This document shows, one piece after another, positions 53,029 through 64,000 of a DNA stretch of 64,000 nucleotides. The translations under genes were made by a program, and so were the position numbers. The DNA comes from Mobula hypostoma (Eukaryota), in NCBI RefSeq assembly GCF_963921235.1, contig NC_086101.1:158038001-158102000 (forward strand), given 5' to 3'. The notes under the pieces were generated by a model. It saw only the letters and a list, made by a program, of their open reading frames with translations, did no database searches and was not told where the DNA came from. Position 1 is the stretch's first letter, and each line of letters starts with the position of its first letter.

Positions 53029-54117
53029 AAAATATTTCGCCTACTTTAAACAAGTGAGCCTTGGTTCTACATGTGCTCTAGATATTTTCACTAGGAACAA
53101 TGCTCACTTTGTTATCTGTTAAAGTATGCACTCCCAAAGCAATGCTGGGAGTGTGTACTTTTGGAGAGAAGTAATCTGGGAATAGTGTAATCCCGGAAGT
53201 TTAGCTATTAATTGTTACTTAATTGTTAGAATTATTCAGATACATTAAAAAACAATTCTATTTTTTTGTAAACTGGAGACAGTCTGTTTTATAGAGACCT
53301 GTAAAAAAGCTAACCTGTTCTATAACCTGATTGTCACTGTACTGAGGTCATAGATCTCTTTACCCTTTTCTCCTCAGAGAAAATAATCAACTTATTAACC
53401 AGACTGATCTCAAAATAACAATAGATATTGTAAAAGCACATACACTTCCATTATGTTGTTGGCTGTCGATTAGCATCAATGGCAGATATTTGACTCACGT
53501 GACCAGAGCGTTTTGAGTACAGTATTGCATTGAGTTTATGGAGACTGTGGACATTCATAGAACCTCTGGGGTCATTTTTCAGAACAGTTCCTAATTATAG
53601 GTGATTCTTTCCAATAAGTTTAGAAGTTGATTCCTTGCATTCATGATATGGTGTCTGCAGTAACAAATTATGAAGTTGCGTCTTGAGCCCACCATGTTCG
53701 GGCCCTTGACGTTCCATACTTGGTGAACTTAAATATGCCAAAGAAATTTAAAAAGTAATTAGTTCTTGCAGAATAGTATTAACGATTTGTAATGAAGGAC
53801 TGAGCTTGTCTTGCTGTGCTTTGCCAATGTTAATGTATTTCAAATAGTGTCACTTAATTAAGAGGCTCAATGTCATTGTCGGCTTGGTGCTGCCTTATAA
53901 ATCAGGGCAGCAGAAAATCCAGAGTAGAAGTTAGTGACTGTTCTGAGAAATCTTTGGAAATTATGTTTTAAGCACAAGATCTAGAGATTCAGGATGCAAA
54001 ATCTAAATAGTAATAGTGCTATGCCTGTCTTTTATGGTTTGATAAACTGTATATTTCAGAATCAGGATGAGAGGAGCAATTGCTGAAAAGTTTTTGCACA
54101 GTTTGCCGAGGTCAGCT

Positions 54118-54118
<1 letters not shown>

Positions 54119-54161
<43 letters not shown>
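54119..54161. repeat. (GT)n microsatellite, about 21 units
   Basis: Direct inspection. Confidence 0.98.
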
Positions 54162-54164
<3 letters not shown>

Positions 54165-54929
54165 GTGTTACTCGGGGTTTTGAAGAATGATACACTCTAC
54201 CTGATTGTTAGAATGGATCATTGGATCATTCCTTGGTCAGGTGCAGCACGACATTGGGATATGGCCATCATAAACACAAGAGATTCTGTTGATGCTGTAG
54301 ATCTCGAGTGGTACACACAGGGTTCTGCAGTTGTTCAGCAGGTAAGGCAGTGGCGAAGGAGAGGAATAAAGAGCCAGCATTCAACTGTAATGAAGTGTCC
54401 TCACTCGAAACATTGACTGTTTATCTTTTGTATATATGCTGCCTAAACGTCTGTTGTGATGCATCTAGTGTAGTAGTGTCATGTTAATGTTGTGACAGTG
54501 CTTGTCGTCATCACTTTCAGCTTCCACCACTGGCTAGCTGTCTTGGGAAAAGGAGAGCTGAATGTGTAAGTCTCTCCCTGCCAGTACATAGCCTGTCCAA
54601 CGCCAAGCCTCATATAGTACCTCCTCACTGGTGGCACATGGAAACTGAACTCCTTTTGGACTCAGGCTGAACTACAGAGAATGGGGAGGAGCTCCGGCCC
54701 CTGCGCACGTAGCACACAGACCCACTGGTGTGTGGACTCGCCCTGGTGCTCATGAACCAGACCCCCAGCTCTGGGTAAATAGCCCCACTGCCTTGTGGGC
54801 AGCCTCGGAAGAGACAAAGGCTATGGGAGTGAACCTGGACAGCAAATCTGGAGTGGAGCCCCCAAGGTGGATGGGCGTCTTTGAACATCTTTCCAGCAGC
54901 TCCTGCAGCCAAGCTGGTGCCAAACATAT

Positions 54930-55530
54930 TGAACATAGAACATAGAAACTGCAGCACATTACAGGCCCTTCAGCCCATGATGTTGTGCCGACCATGTAAC
55001 ATACTCTAGAAATTGCCTAGAATTTCCCTAGCACATAGCCCTCTATTTTTCTAAGCTCCATGTCCCTACCCAAGAGGCTCTTAAAAGACCCCGTTGCATC
55101 TGCTTCCACCACTGACGCCAGCAGTGCATTCCATGTACCCACCACTCTCTGAAAAACTTACCCCTGACATCCTCTTGGTACCTATTACCAAGCATCTTAA
55201 AACTATGCCCTCTCGTGCTAGCCATTTCAGCCCTGGGAAAAAGCCTCCAGTCAGTGCCCCTTATCATCTTATACACCTCTATCAGTTCACCTGTCATCCT
55301 CCGTCACTCCAAGAAGAAAAGGCCAAGTTCACTCAACCTATTCTCATAAGGTATGCTCTCCAATCCAAGCAACTTCATTGTAAATCTCCTCTGCACTCTC
55401 TATAGTATCCGCATCCTTCCTGTAGTGAGGTGACCAGAACTGAACACAGTACTCCAAAGTGGAGTCTGACCAAGGTCTAATATACCTGTAACATTACCTC
55501 ATGGCTCTTGAACTCAATCCCACAGTTGAT
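54930..55530 (-). mobile_element. CR1 3' fragment with (AACATAG)n tail
   Basis: GELIEVYKMIRG..LFPRAEMASTRGHSFK; the same 3' end occurs at ~3390-3520. Confidence 0.85.
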
Positions 55531-56149
55531 GTATTACTTCAAATGATTTCCTTTGGACTACACGGGTGAGGCTGAGAGGGGGATCTTGACGACTGGGCAT
55601 CTCAGGATCTCAAAACCTTCCACCCAGGCTTTTGATGATCATTATCATCACCCATTGTCCTCTGAGACAGACGAATGACAACAAACCACATGCTGCCTGA
55701 CCTGCAGAGTTCCTGCAGCATTTTGTATGCACTAAACAAATATCACACTTTTTAATGTATTCTTTAAGCATCACTATAATTTTAGGCCAATGAAGGCAGT
55801 GACAATCTTCAATTGCACAAATATTTAAATACCAGTTTCTTCCAGATCATAACACTTTCACCAAATTCCAGGACATTTTCTCACCTTTGCAAGCCTTGTT
55901 TCCTCTAGATATTTTCCTTCTGGATCTTCCAGCATCAGAGTCCCCAACCTCACATCTCCACACGTGGACCCAGTGCTTCAACTGAGCATTTGTCCCACAG
56001 ACATATCTTTATTGTTCGATATTACTCTCTCCTCCCTTGTTCAAATTCTTCTATCTTCCAGCTGTCATATCCACTATTGTGACAGTTTTTTAGTTTCCTG
56101 ATTCTTATGTGTTCATTTTCAGCATGGATATCCCTTTAAACCTACATTC

Positions 56150-59100
56150 CACACTAGGGTCATCTGATGGGCCCTCGTTTTGTTGAACAGAGGCCCATCA
56201 AGTACTCCTCCGCCTCTATCCTTTGCCTAACTGAATTCATTCTCATATAAAACATCTTTTTTCAGTCTTCACCCCCTTTGTCCAAATGAATGATGTATTT
56301 CTTTCTAACCTTATCAACTCTGGAGAACTCCCATCTACTACAGCAAAATCACAGTTCCCTTTTCCTGCACTGCTTGTTTCCACATTCTACTCAAGACCTG
56401 CAAAACTGACTGTCCGCAGACCCATTGGCTCCGCCTGCTCCTGCCCCACTGAACTCATGTCCACATACCTGTTGACTCCATCCTATCCCCCTTGGTTTAG
56501 TCCCTTCCCACCTACATCCATGATACTTCACATGCTCTTGATCTCTTCAACAACTTGCAATTTCCTGGCCCTGAACACCTCATTTTCACCATCAATATCT
56601 AGTCCCAATACACTTATCCCTGACACACATGAAGATGACCTTAAGTTCTTTCTCGACAAAACATATGACCAGTTCCACTCCACCACTACTCTCCTCCATC
56701 TGGTAGAGCTGGTCCTCACTTTCAAAGTCCTGCCAAAGGGTTTTAGCCCGAAACGTCAACTGTACTTTTTTCCCCAGGATGCGGCATGCCTGGCCTGCTG
56801 AGTTCCTCCAGCATTTTGTGTGTTTCTCACTTTCAAGTATTTCTCTTTGAGCTCCTCCCATTTTCCCCAACTTGGGGGTAGCCATGAGCACCTACATGAG
56901 CCCACGCTATGTATACTTTTTCATTGGTTATATAGAACAGTTCATGTTCCAAGCTTTCCCTAGTAATGCTCCCCAACTCTTTCTGCACTACATTGACGAT
57001 GACATAGATGCAGCTTTATGCACCCATGCTGAGCTCGTCAATTTAATCAACTTTGTCTCTAACTTCCGCCCTGCCCTTAAACTCAGTTGGTCCTTTTCTG
57101 ACACCTTCCTCCCTTTTCCCGATCTGTCTCCAGCACTGGAAACAAGCTGTCTACCGGCATCTTTTATAAACCTACTGAATCCCAAGCTCTCTTGACAACA
57201 CACACACACACAAAATGCTGGAGGAACTCAGCATGCCAGGCTATCTTGACTATACCTCTTCCTACCCTGTCTCCTGTAAAAAGCTATTCCCTTTTCTCAG
57301 TTCCCAGGATGAGGTCTTTCTTTCCAGGACATATTCCCTTATCCTCCTTCTGTCACACTAGGGTGCTGGGAATGGACCCACATGTGAGAAACAGACACTG
57401 AAGTACAAGGAACAGGACTTGACTAGAGTAGAGATGTGACAGGATACAGGCAAGGAGCAGGGACAAGAATGCAGATTTGGGCTAGTGAAAGCAGGAGCAT
57501 GACTAGAAACCATGGACTAGGAGACAAGGCTTCGACTCCGAGCCCGAGACTGGACAAGGACCCAGAACCTGGGTCTTCCCTCGGGCTTGGACCCCAGAAC
57601 TGGGCAAGGACATGACATGGCTTCGGGACAGGACATGGCTGGGGTCTAGAGGCTTGAGCTTGGAGACAGGCTGGGGTCTTTGCTCTTGAGGCTTGAGGGC
57701 CTTGGGTCTTGAGCTTGGCTGCAGGCTGGGGACTTCAGGCTTGGGTTCCTGGAACTTGGCCTGGGATCTTCGAGGCTTAGGTTCCTAGAGCTACTCCTGG
57801 GCAGGACGCAGAGGCTAGGACAGGGAGGGATGGACCCAGCCGCAGGGTAACGGCAAATGGCCTGCTTATCTGACAGAGGCAAGGGACAGGGAGGGACGGA
57901 ACCAGCTGCAGTGTAACAGCAATCGGCCCAGCTTACCCGACAGAGGCAAGAGACAGGGAGGGACAGAACCAACCGCAGGGTAATGGCAATCAGCCTGGCT
58001 TACCTAACAGAGGCAAGGACAGGAAAGGAGTTCAGTCCAGGGTGGCTGAGCTTCAGGGCAGCCAGCAACCTTGGCTGGCTACAGAAACACCCAAATCCAT
58101 ACCACAGTGACTGCTCCAAAGAGTAGCAACAAGGCTCCATGAAGCAGTGGTCCTCCAACTAGGCCTAGAGATCACAAATGGTTTCACTTGCCTTCCATCA
58201 GCAGGTTGCTCCAAGGGGGACTGACCAGACAAACCAGCAACATACACTCAACCCCAAGGCTACTTTAATTCCAAGCCCCAAGATGGGAATCAGGTGCCTA
58301 TGATTAACTCAACCAAATGAGGGACAGCTGGAAGACCCGGAGTCCTGAGTCCATTGACCGGACCGTGAACCAGAATGCGGACTTCACGGACCGGACCATG
58401 ACACCTTCTTGAAAGAATGGGGTTTCCATTCCTACACCATTAATGCTGCCCTCACCCACATCTCCTCCATCTCATGGACATGTGCAGTCACCCTATTTTT
58501 CCACCCCTTAACGGGGATAGAGTTCCTCTTTCCTCACCTACCATTCCATGAGTCTCCACATCCAACACATCATTCACCACACCATCCACAATCCTAAATG
58601 GGATCCTATCACCAAGCACATCGTTTCCTACCTCCACTCTCCACTTTTTGCAGGGATCGCTCACTGATTCCCTTGTCCATTCATCCCTCCCCACTAATCT
58701 CCCCCTGGCACATATCCCTACAGGTGACAGAATTGCTGCACTTGCCCATTCACCTTGTCCTTCACCTCCATTCGGGGCCCCAAACAGTCCTTTGAGGTGA
58801 GGCAACACGTCACCTGCAAATCTGTTGGGTTCATCTATTGTATCTGGTATTCCCAATGTGGCCTCCTCTATAATAGTGAGAGCCGACATAAATTGTGGGG
58901 GGGGAGGGACACTTTGTCAAGCACCTCTGCTCCATCCACCAAAAGTGGAATTTCACATTTTAATTCCCATCCCCATTCTCCTTCCAACATGTTGGTCCAC
59001 CGGCCTCTGTCTAGATAGACTCTGTCCTGATAACATGAATAGATTACTCCTTTCCGTAAAGTTTCCCCTCCCCCTTCCCTCTTTTTCCATTCCCCACTCT

Positions 59101-59450
59101 GGCCTCCTACTTCCTCCCCTCTCCTGCCTGTCACCTCCCCCCCAATGCCTCTCCTTCTTCCCTTCCTCCCATGGTTCACTCTCCTCTTCTATTAGATTCC
59201 TTCTTCTCCAGTCCTTTACCTTTCCCACCCACCTGGCTTCACCTTTTGTCTATCTAGCTAGTCCTCCTTCCCTTCCCCCCACCTTTTTATTCTGGCGTCT
59301 TCCATCTTCCTTCCCAGTCCTGAAGAAGTGTCTTGACCCAAAAACATTGACTGTTTCTTCATTTCTATTGGTGCTGCCTGATCTGCTGAGTTCCTCCAGC
59401 ATTTCGTGTGCTGCTCTGGATTTCCATCATCTGCAGAATCTCTTGTGTTT
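56150..59450 (+). mobile_element. Long decayed Penelope-like element (RT + GIY-YIG + terminus), interrupted by a solo LTR and short PLE termini
   Basis: RPIGSAC, GVAMSTYMSP and FLHYIDD (PLE-type RT motifs) at 56400-57200; FIYCIWYSQCGLLY (GIY-YIG) near 58830; HHR-like end at 59315-59352. Confidence 0.85.
57351..58403 (-). mobile_element. Solo LTR (1053 bp), TGTCA...TGACA termini, 5-bp TSD, internal ~63-bp tandem repeats
   Basis: CCTTC|TGTCACAC...CCATGACA|CCTTC. The unit GGACAGGGAGGGA..AACC..CGCAGGGTAA.GGCAA..GGCC..GCTTA.C.GACAGAGGCAAG occurs about 3 times at 57818-58020. Strand is tentative. Confidence 0.85.
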
Positions 59451-59830
59451 GAGATGTAAGTACGTTCCTGTGCGGGCCTGTCTCATTGTATGATATGTGG
59501 AATAGCTTTGTCTCAGTCCCCCTCAGGCACCTTCCCTGAGCATATTCTCTGGCATGTTATTAACTTCCATTGCTGTTGTTTCTGCTATAGAAGGTTTTTT
59601 TTTCTCATTTCTACAATTCTACACTACTTTGAGGTTTAATATCACCGGCATATGTAGTGGAACAACAAATTTCATGACATACGCCAGTGATATTAAACTT
59701 GATTTTGATTCTGACTCTTTTACTAAATCACTCATGGAGATCCTCCCTTTATTGACTACACTAACAGTAGCTCAGTGGATGGAATAATGACCAATATCTA
59801 TTACAGACATAGCTATCTTAGCTACAGCTT

Positions 59831-60062
59831 CACACAAAGTGCTGAAGGAACTCAACAAGTCAGGCAGCATCTATGGAGGAGGATAAACAGTCTACAATTC
59901 AGGCTGAGACCCTTCATCAGGACAAACAAATTCTTGATGAAATGTCTCGCCCCAAAACGTCAACTGTTTATTCCCCTCCATAGATGCTGCCTGACTTGCT
60001 GTGTTCATCCAGAACTCTGTGTGTTGCTCAAGATATCCAGCATCTGCAGAATCTCTTGTGTT
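59831..60062. mobile_element. Diverged fold-back PLE-terminus element (same architecture as 28938-29207)
   Basis: Imperfect inverted arms around ~59925 (CCTTCATCAGGAC ... TTCTTGATGAAATG). The extra terminal segment CCAGCATCTGCAGAATCTCTTGTG is on the right arm only. Confidence 0.75.
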
Positions 60063-60629
60063 TTTCTTAACTCCATCTTCTCAGACACTGCATTCTGTAA
60101 GAACTCCATTCCAATTTCTCTGGGTACGTTCTGAAACTTCGCCTTTTCTGATAAGGTCAATTTCCACACAGTGCTTTCTGATGTCTTCTTTGCCTTAACT
60201 GCGGCCAAGGGTCTCGGATAGAGTCCTCTTTTTGGACAGTGTTTCAGACCAGGGGCCATGGTTATGTGGTTAGAGATCAGGTTTACAGTCCGGTAGCCAG
60301 GATCCACTTCCAATAGCTGAGGTTTCATGGAGATATAAGATGCTGGAGGAACTCAGTGGGTCAAGTGGTATCTGTGGGGGAAATGGACGGTTGATGTTTT
60401 GGGTCAAAACCCTTCATCTGAACAAGTGTCCCTCCTGTGCTGAAGGTTCAGTTAAGACGGGTGGAGTTTCTGTCCTCTGGGTTGGGTTTCTGTACCATGA
60501 TTGTGATTTGAGTCAGATGGGTAGTGTTCCTTCTTCTTCTTTTGTGCTAATGGCCGCTCACATCTTTCAGGAGGATGCATTACAGTCACCTACTGTATTG
60601 GAGTATAACAGGAATCATGACTGGGATCC

Positions 60630-61180
60630 GAAACCTGTTTTAATTAAAAAGTTCACCAGGGCCCTACATGACTTAACCATCCCTGCCTCAGGTGCCAGAA
60701 TATCCTGCAAACTAGGCACCCCAGATCTACCCAATAATTGCCTAAACAGCTTCCTATGTTCCATCTGTGGCACTCCATGATGACATGTTCTGTTGTCTCT
60801 GGGACCTTTCAAAAATCACACCACCAGCTCCCATGCTTTCCAACACCTCCAGTTTAAATTCCATGCGGAATATTTTGGAGGATCAAGAACCAAGAACAGG
60901 TGTCAAAGTGCAGTGCAAACCTCAATCTCGTCAACCACTCATCTTTCCTTCTATTCCTTCTCAAAAGGCGCCTCCCCTGAACCGATAATACCACCTCCCT
61001 GTCCTACTCCTATCCCACATTTTCCAATCCCAGATAGTCTAATACAAGATTTGGCTTCATACTTTCCTATATTGGCTATAATCTCTACCTCCGATTTAGT
61101 AAGTGCCTGCTTTGCCACATCGCCTGCCCTTTCATTACCCAATACACCTGCATGCCCAGGTACTCAACAAAACTGGGCGG
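60630..61180 (-). mobile_element. I/Nimb-clade LINE 3' relic with RNase H C-terminal motif
   Basis: Minus strand reads VPGHAGVLGNERAGDVAKQAL (RNase H H..GNE.AD..AK motif), then ETTEHVIMEC (CCHC remnant) and LVNFLIKTG. Confidence 0.7.
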
Positions 61181-61620
61181 TGTTCCAAACCAGTGGGCGT
61201 GATCTAATTTAGATGGGCGGCGCTCCCGACCAATTGGAGTGATCTGAGTCAGAAAGAGCGGAGTTACAGCCCGGTAGGCGGGGTTTGATCCGGATGCACC
61301 ACGTGCGCGGCCTGCAAGATGGCGGGCAGCAGCCGGACGCTGCGCTCGGAGGGAGCCCGCTTCTTGAGGATGCGACTCACACTTGCCACCCTGAGTGGCC
61401 GCTCGGTGCGCATCGCCGCAATCCGGAGCCAAGAGATGGAACCTGGCCTGCGTGGTGAGTGTGTGCGGCGCGGCCAGGGAGCGCGGTGGGTGAGCGGCCG
61501 GGCAGCTGTGAGGGATCGCGGTGCGTCAGCCTCCGCACCGTGTTGTTCACCAAGCTGTGCTCGGTGAAGCCGCCGCGTGTTGTGACCTCCGGCTGTCCGG
61601 GGTTACTGTGGTTCGGTAGT
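61170..61620 (+). promoter_or_regulatory. RCL1 CpG-island promoter
   Basis: GGGCGG boxes, CCAAT near 61230, E-box CACGTG at 61300-61305, and a YY1-like CAAGATGGCGG overlapping the start codon. Confidence 0.75.
61319..61454 (+). CDS. RCL1: RCL1 (RNA 3'-terminal phosphate cyclase-like 1) coding exon 1; the gene continues beyond the window
   Basis: MAGSSRTLRSEGARFLRMRLTLATLSGRSVRIAAIRSQEMEPGLR|gtgagt; compare human G.NFLRQRLVLSTLSGRPVKI..IR....PGLR. Synteny with AK3. Confidence 0.93.
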
Positions 61621-62514
61621 GAGGAGATGGTCCATTTGTTTCTCTTTCTCTCCCACCCCCCCGTATTGTTTGTGAGGTGGGGTAACCAATGATCAGGCAA
61701 TGATTATTGATGGACTAGGTGTGAATGTAAGAGGTGAAATTAATATACTTGCAGCTGGTGTGACATTTGTGGATGGTTCATATAGAATTTGGTAAAACAA
61801 TGTAAGTATATGTACGATCTAATAAAACTTTAGTAAGGCCACAGCTGGAAAATTGTGTTCAATTCTGATCAACGCACTAGAAAAAGGATGTGATTGCACT
61901 GAAGAAGGTGCAGAGGATGTTGTCTGAATTGGAATACCTCAGCTATGAAGAAGAGACCTGGTTTGTTTTTTTTCTTGGAATTTCAGGACCTGATAAAAAT
62001 ACAAATTACAGTATGCAACATAGGTAGGATAGACAGGTGTAAACGTTTCCCCAAAAGCAGATGTGCTTATAATCAAAGTAATAGGTTTAAGCTGACAAGT
62101 AAGCAGGTAAGAGGGAATATGACGAATGGTTTATTCACCAGAGGGTGATTGGACTGTACTGTGTGAGAGGGTGATGGAGGTAGGTACTCTCACAATATTT
62201 AAGTATTTGTGTATCAGTTGTATCAACTTGTAACAGTTAATGGGGGCCATTTAGTTCATTGTCAGCTCCTTAAATTACAGTTTGAGTATTTGCTCTCTTT
62301 AGCCTAGGGAAAAAAATCAGTTTCAATTATTTATTTGGTCTCCTTTACTAGACCTTTCCAGATTGTAACAGTCTACTGTATCAAAGACAATCTTATAGCC
62401 AATTAATAAATCAGTATTCTCTGTTTTGCTGTCACTGTAAACACTTTAAGTGCACAAGTTCATGTGTGGGTTCACTACCTATTGGTAAAGAAATATTTTT
62501 CCAGTTCAGGCCTA

Positions 62515-62640
62515 GGGCCTCTGCCCCTTCCCTCTTCAGTCCTGACGAAGGGTTCCCAAAACGTTGACTGATCGTTTCCAAGGATGCTGCCCGACCTGCT
62601 GAGTTCCTCCAGCGTGTTGTGAGTGTTGCTTTGACCCCAG
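62515..62640 (+). mobile_element. Short PLE terminus with HHR-like motif (GAAA mutated to AAAA)
   Basis: CAGTC-CTGACGA-AGGG tt CCC-AAAA-CGTT-GACTG, followed by GATGCTGCCCGACCTGCTGAGTTCCTCCAGC. Confidence 0.75.
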
Positions 62641-63167
62641 AGTATTTTGTGCTTACAATTAGCTGGGCCTTTATTTTGTGATTACAGCTGCTTGTTTTAG
62701 ACACCTCAGTAAAGGGAAACAAGTTTGAGCTTATTGTCGTACAGCTATACACATGTATACAGCTAAATGAAGCATTATTCCTCTGGGGCCAAGATGCAAA
62801 ACACAGTACATGTATTCATACACAGCACATATAGTTACGTTCCAGCACATAGAGTCTAAAATAACATTAACATGTCCCTGAGTAGCATGGTGTGCAGAGA
62901 TACCGAAACAATTACTTGCCAGTATTTCTACTGTGAGTATAGGCAGAGACTGAAGACTTCAGCACCGGACCAGGGAGGCACAGGTCTGTTTTGAATTGGT
63001 GGACTAGACTGTGTTCAGGGAGTCATCTTCGAGCCTGGATGAATATGCCACAGTTGTCACAAACTTCATTACAACCTGTATGGATGAGTGTGTGCCTACA
63101 AAAACTTGCTTTGCATACTCAAACCAAAAGCTGTGAATGAACCAGGAGGTTCTTAGTCAACAGACTA

Positions 63168-63838
63168 GATAGAAACATAGAAACATAGAAAATAGGTGCA
63201 GGAGTAGGCCATTCGGCCCTTCGATCCTGCACCGCCATTTATTATGATCATGGCTGATCATCCAACTCAGAACCCCGCCCCAGCCTTCCCTCCATACCCC
63301 CTGACCCCTGTAGCCACAAGGGCCATATCTAACTCCCTCTTAAACATAGCCAATGAACTGGCCTCAACAGTTTGCTGTGGCAGAGAATTCCACAGATTCA
63401 CCACTCTCTGTGTGAAGAAGTTTTTCCTAATCTCGGTCCTAAAAGGCTTCCCCTCTATCCTCAAACTGTGACCCCTCGTTCTGGACTTCCCCAACATCGG
63501 GAACAATCTTCCTGCATCTAGCCTGTCCAATCCCTTTAGGATCTTGTACGTTTCAATCAGATCCCCCCTCAATCTTCTAAATTTCAACGAGTACAAGCCC
63601 AGTTCATCCAGTCTTTCTTCATATGAAAGACCTGCCATCCCAGGAATCAATCTGGTGAACCTTCTTTGTACTCCCTCTATGGCAAAGATGTCTTTCCTCA
63701 GATTAGGGGACCAAAACTGCACACAATACTCCAGTTGTGGTCTCACCAAGGCCTTGTACAACTGCAGTAGTACCTCCCTGCTCCTGTACTCGAATCCTCT
63801 CGCTATAAATGCCAGCATACCATTCGCCTTTTTCACCG
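63168..63838 (-). mobile_element. Young CR1 3' fragment (same subfamily as 24010-26945), inserted in an older Rex1/Babar-like relic
   Basis: Near-identical to 24010-24668; (AAACATAG)n tail; flanks 63030-63165 and 63839-63960 read as a decayed LINE ORF. Confidence 0.93.
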
Positions 63839-64000
63839 CATCTGTGGCATTTAAGTCTGGTGATGTAGCTCTATATAAGAAAACCAGGTATGACTTGTAG
63901 AGGGCTATTTCAAGAGCCAAGAAACAATTCCAGGAGAAGTTAGAGGCATGTCAACTCTGGCAGACTATTTCTTCCTACAGATACTTCCTACTTCCAATAT

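Noticed and set aside
57818-58020. Regular repeats resembling a CRISPR array
   Set aside because: Eukaryotic DNA; contiguous tandem units with no unique spacers, located inside an LTR.
58825-59493. 222-aa Pro/Leu/Ser-rich ORF, and similar ORFs at 13039, 35054 and 43728
   Set aside because: These arise from the stop-poor pyrimidine tract of PLE termini.
61455-64000. RCL1 exon 2 or an intronic snoRNA
   Set aside because: No DFEASF-like exon and no convincing C/D or H/ACA structure seen; the region is mostly CR1, PLE and Rex relics.

Overview
Vertebrate genomic DNA, most likely from a cartilaginous fish such as a ray (inferred from the repeat content). It carries a three-gene block in the same order as human 9p24. 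CDC37L1 is complete (+, 8 coding exons, 7076-20915, 361 aa), AK3 is complete (-, 5 coding exons, 47906-31968, 221 aa), and RCL1 is represented by exon 1 (+, 61319-61454). Introns and intergenic DNA are dense with mobile elements: CR1 LINEs, Rex1/Babar and I/Nimb-like LINE relics, a full-length degenerate Tc1, Tigger and hAT elements, a solo LTR, and many Penelope-like element (PLE) pieces. The PLE ends carry minimal hammerhead-ribozyme (HHR) motifs. Most notable observations: (1) a 270-bp TSD-flanked fold-back PLE derivative with perfect 112-bp arms that encodes an intact hammerhead core on both strands, with the same architecture recurring elsewhere in the window; (2) an extra Cdc37-type C-terminal exon in CDC37L1, following a GC-AG intron; (3) a regularly spaced E-box/CLEAR-like array at the CDC37L1 promoter; (4) an AK3 uORF ending 2 nt before the main ATG; (5) a 17-bp micro-inversion through a LINE RT motif. 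Comparisons to human proteins and repeat families are from memory and were not run as searches. Repeat boundaries without a TSD are approximate.
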